Assembly (NCBI GenBank): GCA_040437565.1
Contig: JBDOQK010000041.1
Location: 186,001 to 250,000, forward strand
Length of the DNA stretch: 64,000 nucleotides
Origin: Albugo candida
Taxonomy: Eukaryota
Direction: 5' to 3'
Shown: piece after piece, positions 47,578-59,400 of the stretch
How positions within the stretch are numbered: position 1 is the stretch's first letter
How the letters are laid out: each line of letters begins with the position of its first letter
Notes under the pieces: model-generated
Databases searched by the model: none
Told to the model about the DNA's origin: nothing
Seen by the model: only the letters and a program-made list of their open reading frames with translations
Program-made: the position numbers and the translations under genes

Positions 47578-50500
47578 CTACATTACATGCAGAGCTCGCA
47601 AGATCTCACTAAATTGGTCCCTCATACGATCGGTACGAATGAGTTCATTCATGCCATCTGAGGACTTTGATACAGACATTTTTGTTCCGGCTACACCCGC
47701 TATTGCTTCCATAGCTGCACGGCAATTTGATAATGCATTTTTTCTGGTATCACTGATGCACATGATCCCAAACACACCTGCAGTCAAGCTATCAGCGAGC
47801 AAAAATACTGTTCCTGAATCACGTTCTGTATCAAAGTAAACACCTCTTGAGCGACAATGCTGGAAGAACGAGCTGCAAGATAGTGTCGCTACGCAGGGAT
47901 TACATACATACTCTATGAGCGCGTAAGTTCTTGTTGGAGTAGGTGGTAATACATTCGAGACAATCCCGGACAATCTTGCTTCTCGGATCATCAGATCGGT
48001 TGCTGATAATGATGAGGGTGGATCATTCTGGACTCCAACTAAAGGAATCTCTTGTGGAAGATGTAAGGAACCTGTCATGGAATTGTAGCTGCCTCCTCGA
48101 CTTAATAGTTGAAACAGCGCGAATGTAGCTGCTGTATTTGTCAGGAATGGTTGCAAACCGGTGGCATATAATGTCTTCTTTTGTGTTTGATCATCCAAAC
48201 AGACAACGAAATCGACACTGATGTAGCCACAGATACCGTCTTTGGCCAGCGCTTGTCCAATCGCCAAGGACGCGTCCTAAACCATGCATCTTGGTCAAAT
48301 AAAATTCACATCGACTGTATCACTTACCTTCAAAACCTCATGATCTATCAGCGTTTGTGGGAACGTGACGCCGAATGTACGCATTTTGGCTGCGGAAGCC
48401 TTATCAAGACCAAATTTTCTCACACGATCGTCAATTTTGGTGTCAGTCTCAAGTGAATGAATCTCATGGGTGGAGGATACACAAACTCGCCGAGAAGGTT
48501 CAATGAACAGATTGGCTCGAACATGTCCTTGTCTTTTTTTTGGGCTTAACTCGATTATGACGCCATATATCCGAATAGCCTGAAGAAAACTTTTCGAGGA
48601 TGGAAAAATCTCTGGATGAACGACGAAGATGAAGCTTGATATGTTATTTTGCATCTCTAGCACTAAATTGCGGATCAATTTAGCTTGTATTGGTGGCTGT
48701 AACCAGGATTCAAGCGTTTTGGTACGCAGACGTACTTCTTTGACCGATTGTAGTCGAGATATATCCATCAAAGCAATTCCTGTCCCGAATGGATCATAAT
48801 CCAATCGGAGGACCACAGAAAGTTGGTGCGGATGCGATGCAACCAGCTTTGCGAGAGAAAAAATCAGCTCATTCTCATCGTAGAGATCGATACAAGCAGG
48901 TAACGTGTTGACATTCGCCTTTCTAAAATATCGCTTGCTACCAGAATACGTGGTCGCCTGCAATGATTTTGTTGAATCTAAGCCGAGAATGGGAACTCCG
49001 AGGATCGTTGCTACCCTTTTGTCTTCCAATCCAGGAAATCCGGGTACCATGTAAGCATTTCTTCCTCTTATACATCGACTCAACCGGTTCAGCGTACGTG
49101 GTGAATACAAGACAACGCTTGAAAGCGAAAAATGAGATGGGAAACGAGATGCATTTTCAGGACAGATCAACTTAATACGTGCAGCAGCGTCCGATATTCC
49201 ACCGAGCTGCAACAGCTTCATGTAGTATTGTACGATGTCGTCTGTGAGCTCAAAAGGACAGATGTATATCAGCTCAACATTCTCGTCGATTACGGCGCAT
49301 AAACGCTGTAATTGAAGATTTTGCTGGATGGAGAATTGCTCCGTCTTCATTCGTTGCCGAGAATCAATGGAAATAGAAGGAATATGTATTATCGTTCTTC
49401 GTTGCATCCTTATTTTATCCCAGTTTGAGCAGAAAGATCGCATTGAATCGGTAAAGACCATTTCTTGATGTTCTCTTTTAGCTTCTATCTTCAATTTTGT
49501 GGCTTTATGCGCAGAAAAACGCCTCCAGTTTCGTTGAATGGCTGTCACTTTCCAATATTTGTACCTCATCACCAAAAACCTTTTTCTGTGCATTGCCATC
49601 CGTATGAACGATTGCAACGCGATTGTGGCTCTCTTAGTTCTTTCTGCTCCCTGAAATCGCTGTCCTGGCTTCGATAGCAACATTTTCACTTCATCTTCAT
49701 TTCGGATACATGAGATTAAGTCCTTCGTTGTCAAGGGCACGTTGTCAGCCTGCGCAAGTGTCAGAATCCTCTGCCCATTTATATAAGCAATCGGTATGAA
49801 GTAAAGTGACAAAATTCTTGCCAACGCTTCCAATACTACATCAACACTGCTCCAAATAGGATTGGCGATACGTTGGAAAGCCTCAAACTCGGGTCTTTTC
49901 CGATCGATAATTCCCTGATGTATGACGAAATCGTATGTTTTAGAGATCTCACCTACAAGGGATTTCTAAGCAAACGTGTCGTCAGACTCAAATTGCATGT
50001 TAGCAATTCCTTTGATTTCTAACCGTGACGTCGTTGAGAAATATTGGTGTGATCGCCTTGATAATTCCTATTTTTTTGGATGGATCCCTCCCTGGTGAGA
50101 ATCTACTGTCATCTTCTCTACAGCCGCCACCAGGGCTGAGTGAGATTTGATTTGCTAACAAAGCTCCATTGCGCTGTTTAGATTGTAGATCGTTCGTAAG
50201 TACTATTTTCTCTTGCGTTTGCATCTTTCTGCATGGGCTTTGGCTCGTAGGAGTCATAAAATCAAATTTGACTGACATCATATTGTGACTTATTGCAGTA
50301 GTATATGGTGTCGTTTTGATCGGTTCTTCCATGCGATTGTGCAAGTGAGCTGTTCGCTGCATCAATACTCTATCATTTACGCTTAGCGTATTGGATGCTT
50401 CGCCGATCTGATCCCTGGAAGCCGAGGAGAAATCGCCAGCCTCCCCTCTCTGAACAGTAGGAAGTGATCTCAGAGAAGCGTTATATCTCTTCTTGCTGGG

Positions 50501-51056
50501 TTTACTGGTCAGCAATCCTTGTGTCGGTCGTTTTGGAGATATCAGTTCAGAATGCTGCTTTGTGGGTAGGCACTTGTACTTTTCCTTCACAGAATGCAGC
50601 TGCTACATAACACATAGGATCAATTTCATTCAACCAATGCAAGATGAATGATACCTTTCGGATGAGGTCAACAGACAACTCTTGGAATGAAGACTTTCGT
50701 TCCAGCGACGAGTTTGCTGATGATGGGATTTGCCGAGGGGGAGATGCAACAAAAGGTAGCCCAGTTTGTGTTTTTCTACCGTAGTGTGCCACTCCTTTGT
50801 ATAGTAAATCGACTTTGGCTTGTATCTCTCGCTCCGCACGATCCAAGATATTTTGCAGCGTTTCTAGGTCTTTAGATGGGTTTACACTTACAATAGGGGC
50901 AGGATAGTCTTCGAATGGTGTTGCATCTGCTATGTATGTTTCAGTGGTCTGTTTTCTACCCGATATCTCTGCTCTTATTTCTCTCAATTCTTGTTGAGTT
51001 TGCAGCAAGATTCGCCCGATATCTTCCGTGTGGTGCTTTTGTTCCAAATGATCCAT
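47578..51056 (-). CDS. IQ-domain protein H (IQCH)-like, 4 exons
   Basis: N-terminal EDIGRILLQTQQELR, IQ motifs (LQSFIRM..HRKRF, IQRNWRRFSA), RRTIIHIPS..QNLQLQRL..ELIYICP, F..HFSLSS.VLYSPRTL, GYISVDFV, GV.FD.E..GTVF.L.DSLTAG..G. GT-AG introns join the ORFs. Confidence 0.8.
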
Positions 51057-51213
51057 CCCGTCTAGAAGCGCCGAAGTGTAGTCACAACATGCAGCTATTC
51101 TTGGAACCACTCAAAACGATAGGTGGAAGCTTGGATAAGAACATCGAGTCAACAATCACCTCTGTATCGAGACTGGCCATTATAGAACAAGCAGCTCCCA
51201 CACAAATTGTAAT

Positions 51214-52407
51214 ATGCTTCCGGCTATCAACGAACAACACTTAGCGCGGTATACACCCACATCGTGTGAAGGGTATGTTACCAAGCGCGGTCATTTCCGC
51301 AAATCTTGGCGTGTTCGTTACTTAGTGATCTGCGGAGTGACCATGCAAGTATCATATTACGAAAGCAAAGACTCTTACAAAAACAGAAATGCTACTCCAA
51401 AAGGTTCTTTCATCCTTCAGAATGTTGAAAAGCACGAATACTGGATCAGTCGTATGGTCACTGGCAGCGTCAAAGAGAGACCGTTTGGTTTTAAGATGGT
51501 TGGGCATGCACCTAAGCAAGGTTATGTTGAATTAGACGTCTTTGTCGATTCCCTATCGAATATGGATCAGTGGCTTGACGTGATAAATAATGGTCTCAAG
51601 GCTAATAAACGTATGGCTAGGGAAGCTTTTATGGCAGGTGATGAGATTTTTGCCCTGCTCTGTCCTTGAAATCTTACAAGTTTGCTTCTTAGAAATGGAC
51701 ACGACGAAAGGCGTGCTTGGGTTCTCTTTTGCAGGAACGACATCGAAACAACAAGTCAAAGAGCTCAAATCTAGAAAATCCGATTACATCCACGAAGCAC
51801 TGCAGCAAATAGAAATGGCCAAAAGTGCTGGGAGTGCTGCATGCGATGAAATTGTTGCCCAAGGAGGTAAGCCACACTGCGATTTCGCTATTCCTGGTGC
51901 TTACCTGAGTAAACATAGAGCAACTGGGAAAAGTGGAACAGAATTTGAGCAACATAGAGAGCGATTTAAATCATTCGGAAAAGCTCATCAAAAGTATTCG
52001 ACATCCACTCCGTTATTTCTTTTCTAAAACTCATCATCATGAGAAGGACGCTATGTCGAAAAACAATACAAATCATCGTTCTCACCACCATCAGACAGGG
52101 ATTCTGCACATGAGAAAAAATGACGGAAAAATCGAGCACGTAGCGGAGGAGGTAAATGGATTGAATCTTTTATCTATAGTATCATAATTCACACATTGCT
52201 TAGATCTGTGTGCCAACGAACGATTTAGAGAAGCTTGCGATGGCTTTGAAAGAATTGGAGGTACAAGCACAGCTGATCAATTCGGAGGCAGTAAAAAGCA
52301 ATGATCAGATAACTCGCATCGAAGGCCAGCTTTCTGGAATCAATGATAGGATACAGTCACAAACCACTCAGGTTGTCGCATCTTCCGGAAAGAAAAATCT
52401 ATTTTAG
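51214..52407 (+). CDS. PH-domain plus two-SNARE-motif (SNAP-25-like Qbc) protein; exons 51214-51637, 51693-51866, 51919-52151, 52204-52407
   Basis: PH: CEGYVTKRGHFRKSWRVRYLV...MDQWLDVI. Qb-like helix: DEIVAQGEQLGKVEQNLSNIESDLNHSEKLIKSI. Qc-like helix: DLEKLAMALKELEVQAQLINSEAVKSNDQITRIEGQLSGINDRI. No transmembrane anchor. Confidence 0.8.
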
Positions 52408-52621
52408 AGCACTTTGTACACTTTTGAATTATATATAACATGAACGCCAGCCTCTTGAGCAGCAATATAATCATATTCATGTTATCTCGCATAAATGACG
52501 GTCGACACGCAGGAACAGGCTNNNNNNNNNNNNNNNNNNNNNNNNNNNNNNNNNNNNNNNNNNNNNNNNNNNNNNNNNNNNNNNNNNNNNNNNNNNNNNN
52601 NNNNNNNNNNNNNNNNNNNNN

Positions 52622-54993
52622 TTGTATTGGTGGCTGTAACCAGGATTCAAGCGTTTTGGTACGCAGACGTACTTCTTTGACCGATTGTAGTCGAGATATA
52701 TCCATCAAAGCAATTCCTGTCCCGAATGGATCATAATCCAATCGGAGGACCACAGAAAGTTGGTGCGGATGCGATGCAACCAGCTTTGCGAGAGAAAAAA
52801 TCAGCTCATTCTCATCGTAGAGATCGATACAAGCAGGTAACGTGTTGACATTCGCCTTTCTAAAATATCGCTTGCTACCAGAATACGTGGTCGCCTGCAA
52901 TGATTTTGTTGAATCTAAGCCGAGAATGGGAACTCCGAGGATCGTTGCTACCCTTTTGTCTTCCAATCCAGGAAATCCGGGTACCATGTAAGCATTTCTT
53001 CCTCTTATACATCGACTCAACCGGTTCAGCGTACGTGGTGAATACAAGACAACGCTTGAAAGCGAAAAATGAGATGGGAAACGAGATGCATTTTCAGGAC
53101 AGATCAACTTAATACGTGCAGCAGCGTCCGATATTCCACCGAGCTGCAACAGCTTCATGTAGTATTGTACGATGTCGTCTGTGAGCTCAAAAGGACAGAT
53201 GTATATCAGCTCAACATTCTCGTCGATTACGGCGCATAAACGCTGTAATTGAAGATTTTGCTGGATGGAGAATTGCTCCGTCTTCATTCGTTGCCGAGAA
53301 TCAATGGAAATAGAAGGAATATGTATTATCGTTCTTCGTTGCATCCTTATTTTATCCCAGTTTGAGCAGAAAGATCGCATTGAATCGGTAAAGACCATTT
53401 CTTGATGTTCTCTTTTAGCTTCTATCTTCAATTTTGTGGCTTTATGCGCAGAAAAACGCCTCCAGTTTCGTTGAATGGCTGTCACTTTCCAATATTTGTA
53501 CCTCATCACCAAAAACCTTTTTCTGTGCATTGCCATCCGTATGAACGATTGCAACGCGATTGTGGCTCTCTTAGTTCTTTCTGCTCCCTGAAATCGCTGT
53601 CCTGGCTTCGATAGCAACATTTTCACTTCATCTTCATTTCGGATACATGAGATTAAGTCCTTCGTTGTCAAGGGCACGTTGTCAGCCTGCGCAAGTGTCA
53701 GAATCCTCTGCCCATTTATATAAGCAATCGGTATGAAGTAAAGTGACAAAATTCTTGCCAACGCTTCCAATACTACATCAACACTGCTCCAAATAGGATT
53801 GGCGATACGTTGGAAAGCCTCAAACTCGGGTCTTTTCCGATCGATAATTCCCTGATGTATGACGAAATCGTATGTTTTAGAGATCTCACCTACAAGGGAT
53901 TTCTAAGCAAACGTGTCGTCAGACTCAAATTGCATGTTAGCAATTCCTTTGATTTCTAACCGTGACGTCGTTGAGAAATATTGGTGTGATCGCCTTGATA
54001 ATTCCTATTTTTTTGGATGGATCCCTCCCTGGTGAGAATCTACTGTCATCTTCTCTACAGCCGCCACCAGGGCTGAGTGAGATTTGATTTGCTAACAAAG
54101 CTCCATTGCGCTGTTTAGATTGTAGATCGTTCGTAAGTACTATTTTCTCTTGCGTTTGCATCTTTCTGCATGGGCTTTGGCTCGTAGGAGTCATAAAATC
54201 AAATTTGACTGACATCATATTGTGACTTATTGCAGTAGTATATGGTGTCGTTTTGATCGGTTCTTCCATGCGATTGTGCAAGTGAGCTGTTCGCTGCATC
54301 AATACTCTATCATTTACGCTTAGCGTATTGGATGCTTCGCCGATCTGATCCCTGGAAGCCGAGGAGAAATCGCCAGCCTCCCCTCTCTGAACAGTAGGAA
54401 GTGATCTCAGAGAAGCGTTATATCTCTTCTTGCTGGGTTTACTGGTCAGCAATCCTTGTGTCGGTCGTTTTGGAGATATCAGTTCAGAATGCTGCTTTGT
54501 GGGTAGGCACTTGTACTTTTCCTTCACAGAATGCAGCTGCTACATAACACATAGGATCAATTTCATTCAACCAATGCAAGATGAATGATACCTTTCGGAT
54601 GAGGTCAACAGACAACTCTTGGAATGAAGACTTTCGTTCCAGCGACGAGTTTGCTGATGATGGGATTTGCCGAGGGGGAGATGCAACAAAAGGTAGCCCA
54701 GTTTGTGTTTTTCTACCGTAGTGTGCCACTCCTTTGTATAGTAAATCGACTTTGGCTTGTATCTCTCGCTCCGCACGATCCAAGATATTTTGCAGCGTTT
54801 CTAGGTCTTTAGATGGGTTTACACTTACAATAGGGGCAGGATAGTCTTCGAATGGTGTTGCATCTGCTATGTATGTTTCAGTGGTCTGTTTTCTACCCGA
54901 TATCTCTGCTCTTATTTCTCTCAATTCTTGTTGAGTTTGCAGCAAGATTCGCCCGATATCTTCCGTGTGGTGCTTTTGTTCCAAATGATCCAT
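52622..54993 (-). other. Artefactual partial second copy of the IQCH-like gene
   Basis: Part of the 3837-bp overlap; truncated at the gap. Confidence 0.8.
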
Positions 54994-55150
54994 CCCGTCT
55001 AGAAGCGCCGAAGTGTAGTCACAACATGCAGCTATTCTTGGAACCACTCAAAACGATAGGTGGAAGCTTGGATAAGAACATCGAGTCAACAATCACCTCT
55101 GTATCGAGACTGGCCATTATAGAACAAGCAGCTCCCACACAAATTGTAAT

Positions 55151-56344
55151 ATGCTTCCGGCTATCAACGAACAACACTTAGCGCGGTATACACCCACATC
55201 GTGTGAAGGGTATGTTACCAAGCGCGGTCATTTCCGCAAATCTTGGCGTGTTCGTTACTTAGTGATCTGCGGAGTGACCATGCAAGTATCATATTACGAA
55301 AGCAAAGACTCTTACAAAAACAGAAATGCTACTCCAAAAGGTTCTTTCATCCTTCAGAATGTTGAAAAGCACGAATACTGGATCAGTCGTATGGTCACTG
55401 GCAGCGTCAAAGAGAGACCGTTTGGTTTTAAGATGGTTGGGCATGCACCTAAGCAAGGTTATGTTGAATTAGACGTCTTTGTCGATTCCCTATCGAATAT
55501 GGATCAGTGGCTTGACGTGATAAATAATGGTCTCAAGGCTAATAAACGTATGGCTAGGGAAGCTTTTATGGCAGGTGATGAGATTTTTGCCCTGCTCTGT
55601 CCTTGAAATCTTACAAGTTTGCTTCTTAGAAATGGACACGACGAAAGGCGTGCTTGGGTTCTCTTTTGCAGGAACGACATCGAAACAACAAGTCAAAGAG
55701 CTCAAATCTAGAAAATCCGATTACATCCACGAAGCACTGCAGCAAATAGAAATGGCCAAAAGTGCTGGGAGTGCTGCATGCGATGAAATTGTTGCCCAAG
55801 GAGGTAAGCCACACTGCGATTTCGCTATTCCTGGTGCTTACCTGAGTAAACATAGAGCAACTGGGAAAAGTGGAACAGAATTTGAGCAACATAGAGAGCG
55901 ATTTAAATCATTCGGAAAAGCTCATCAAAAGTATTCGACATCCACTCCGTTATTTCTTTTCTAAAACTCATCATCATGAGAAGGACGCTATGTCGAAAAA
56001 CAATACAAATCATCGTTCTCACCACCATCAGACAGGGATTCTGCACATGAGAAAAAATGACGGAAAAATCGAGCACGTAGCGGAGGAGGTAAATGGATTG
56101 AATCTTTTATCTATAGTATCATAATTCACACATTGCTTAGATCTGTGTGCCAACGAACGATTTAGAGAAGCTTGCGATGGCTTTGAAAGAATTGGAGGTA
56201 CAAGCACAGCTGATCAATTCGGAGGCAGTAAAAAGCAATGATCAGATAACTCGCATCGAAGGCCAGCTTTCTGGAATCAATGATAGGATACAGTCACAAA
56301 CCACTCAGGTTGTCGCATCTTCCGGAAAGAAAAATCTATTTTAG
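55151..56344 (+). CDS. PH-Qbc SNARE, identical second copy (same locus after collapsing the overlap)
   Basis: Identical to 51214-52407 at offset 3937. Confidence 0.7.
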
Positions 56345-56431
56345 AGCACTTTGTACACTTTTGAATTATATATAACATGAACGCCAGCCTCTTGAGCAGC
56401 AATATAATCATATTCATGTTATCTCGCATAA

Positions 56432-59400
56432 ATGACGGTCGACACGCAGGAACAGGCTTTGTCTGAGCAATCCACTAGAAATGTTGAGGATCTCAAGCAG
56501 TTTTACCACGAATCACCCGCTGTACAAACGGGTTCCATTCTTAGAAACGGCGCAAAATACAGCTTCGAGCGGCGGCGAATTCAGCATACAGAAGCACAAG
56601 AGACCTATAATGAGGCGGTGCGACTGAGTAACCATGACTTCGAGGAATTAATCATCAGCGAATGCACTAAGTCAAAAGACAAGCTAGAAGGCTTTGACGA
56701 AAGGCTTTCTGCTGAATTCTTAGCGTTCGAAGATACATCATTTATATTCAGCGCGAATTATGAGGATGTACTGAGTGCATGGGCTGAATGCGAGGCAACT
56801 TATCAAAAGCGATCAAACGAGATTGAGAACTTGTCAACCATTTTAGAAAGCACGGAACATCGACGTTCACGTGTAGTTAGCAAAGAATTACAAAGATACA
56901 CTGAGATTTTGCTGGAAATCGAATATGTCTTACCCTCAGCGATAGAGCGTATCGTCGAAAAAGAAGCATACAAATCAAACGTTGTAGTGCTAAGAAACCT
57001 ACAGCAATATACATCTTTGATCGAGAAACTACTATCCGCAAATGTGGACGCACTTCGGAATGCACGTGTGCTTTGGGAGGGTGGTCGACGACGCTGGAGA
57101 CAGTCTTACCACAATAGACAAATTGATCAGCTCAAGACTTCTTTGATGTCTTCAGATTTCTTATTCTCGAGGGAGATGCAGCAGACATTAGAAATTTGGC
57201 GTGCGGACGTAGAAATCATACATTCCGATAACAGATTACGTGTATTATCGGAAATGCAAAACGTTGGCGCATATCTTACGGTAGACAAGATACAGGCAGT
57301 AAGGACACAGATGGCTTCGTTTGACGTTGATGAAAATGGACTTAATGAACGCTGCTTCAAATCTATTCGACTGATACAAGATCAACAAAAACGAGCTCTA
57401 CGTAAGCATTGTGAAAACACACGACAAGCTCTACACCAATGCACGGGTATCTTCCATTCCACTGAGCTATCAAAATGCAAACAAAGGCTTGAGGTGTATT
57501 TACAAGATAAAACGTTTGCAGAATTCTTTCAAATGGCTGGTGATTTGAGGTTGGTACTAGATACTGTATCAAACTCGCTTGAAGATTCGAAAGTCATTTC
57601 TCATGCAGAACTTTTGCGTCTAACTGATCTACTTGATGTCATCGCGAATGCCTTGACAAGCTTGATACTCGAAAAAGACCATGAGAATATTTTACAATCA
57701 GTCAAGTGCTTGCTGGAGACACTACGAGAAAATGAAGGAAATGACTTGATGGAAGATCTACTCACACTTGGGACTCATCTCGATAGTTTGCAAAAGCTGC
57801 CGGACTTGCATATTTCCAGTAGTCGAGAATTGAGCCAAATACAAAACGATCTTAATTTTGCCTTAGGCTCAAACAAAGTGGAAGAAACGGACAATAAGCT
57901 TCTCGCAGCTACTCTGAAGAATACTCCAATCCACGAGAACGCTACTATGGATCCGAAGATAATCTACGACATTCGACGCCGCTTGAGCATCTTTGTTTAT
58001 TCCTCTGGTCTTGAAGAGGAATTTCATAAGCTACTCCTGTACATTCGGCATCAATTGTTACAGCAGCAAAGAGCTTTAGAATTATCGAATGACGCAATAC
58101 TTCCATACGAGACGTCTATACTCTCAACATCTGAGGAGGACGGCAAAGCCATACAAACGTTTATTGTAGCCACGCAAACGAAGAACAAAGCGATACAGAT
58201 TGGATTAGAACGGTACATCTGCTTCATCCACGATATTGCTGCTTCAAAGGAGGCGATGCAAGAGGATATCGAGTGGGTAAGTTCTTCGGTGGCGAGCTTA
58301 TTACGGTCAACAATGGAAGGCAATGCTCGAGACTTGCAGATTTTGGAGAACAATTTCAATAAAGCAAGCCTATTACTACGCCATGCACCGGATGCATGCA
58401 GTCTTGATCGTGAACTTAAGGAAGTCACAGATATAAACACTCACTTCGAGGATGCATATCGCTCATACGATTTTCACATCAAATGTGTAGCACCAATCCA
58501 GTACCAAGCATCTCAAGCGATATTACACAGATATCTACAATTTCTGGTGAAGCACATTAGGCTTGTCGTGGAAGCTGGACTCGAAGTTGAGAACATTGAA
58601 ATCTCTGCGAGCAGATCCAGTTTAGAGAAATTGTTTCTACCGAGTGAGATCGAAGAGATGGTGGCCCGAATCCAAATCTCTTCGTCAAGCGAAGCAGATG
58701 CTACTGAGGCAAATTCTAGTCAAAGTGACTTGATTAATAGAAGAAGCCAAGACGATGCCGAGAAGACCAACTTCAAACAGTACCTCCATCGACTACGAAA
58801 TTTCCGAGATCTAGATCGGACTAATGCAATGAGTGATTTGCTTCGAGCACTTTTATTTGAATCTGGCACCGATCAAGTGCCAAGTGAACGTTTGCAGCAT
58901 TTCGATGGAAATACAATCATTACGGAAGATATAGCATCAGAAGTCCGTAGCGAAAGTGCTGGCGATGAAAGTAATGAATGTGTCATATTTTTCAAACGAA
59001 ACTTGGACTTTCGACTCCCCAAAAAGCTATTGCCGGATGGTGTTGTTCTGTCAATGCTAGAAAAGTATTGTGAAGATATATCTATACAACTGGATGACTT
59101 CTCGAACAACGTTTTCCAGTCAATTGAATTGGCAGAGTTAGAAAGAGCGAACGAATGCAAAATTCTTTTAGATGCAATGCTGAATGAAAACTGCAGGCGG
59201 AAGGCAAAGGCAGAGACTGAAATGTATCAAACTCGCATAGCCGAACTCGCAAAACATCAAGATCATTTTGAAAATTTTATGTCGAGGATCAGTAAGAAGC
59301 TTGGAGAATTACAGAAAAGCTTCTTAGCAACTTCTCACGAGATACATGACCAATTTGAAAAGTATCGAGTTCTACAGCTCAGCTTACAGACGTGCTTACC

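Larger units (their letters stand above)
48685..56458. repeat. Exact 3837-bp direct duplication across a 100-N gap (48685-52521 = 52622-56458); probable assembly overlap
   Basis: Identical ORF tracks at offset 3937. Boundaries coincide with the gap edges. Confidence 0.9.

Noticed and set aside
48685-56458. Tandem duplication of the PH-SNARE and IQCH-like genes
   Set aside because: The copies appear identical and are bounded exactly by a 100-N gap, the same pattern as seven other gaps; treated as an unmerged overlap.
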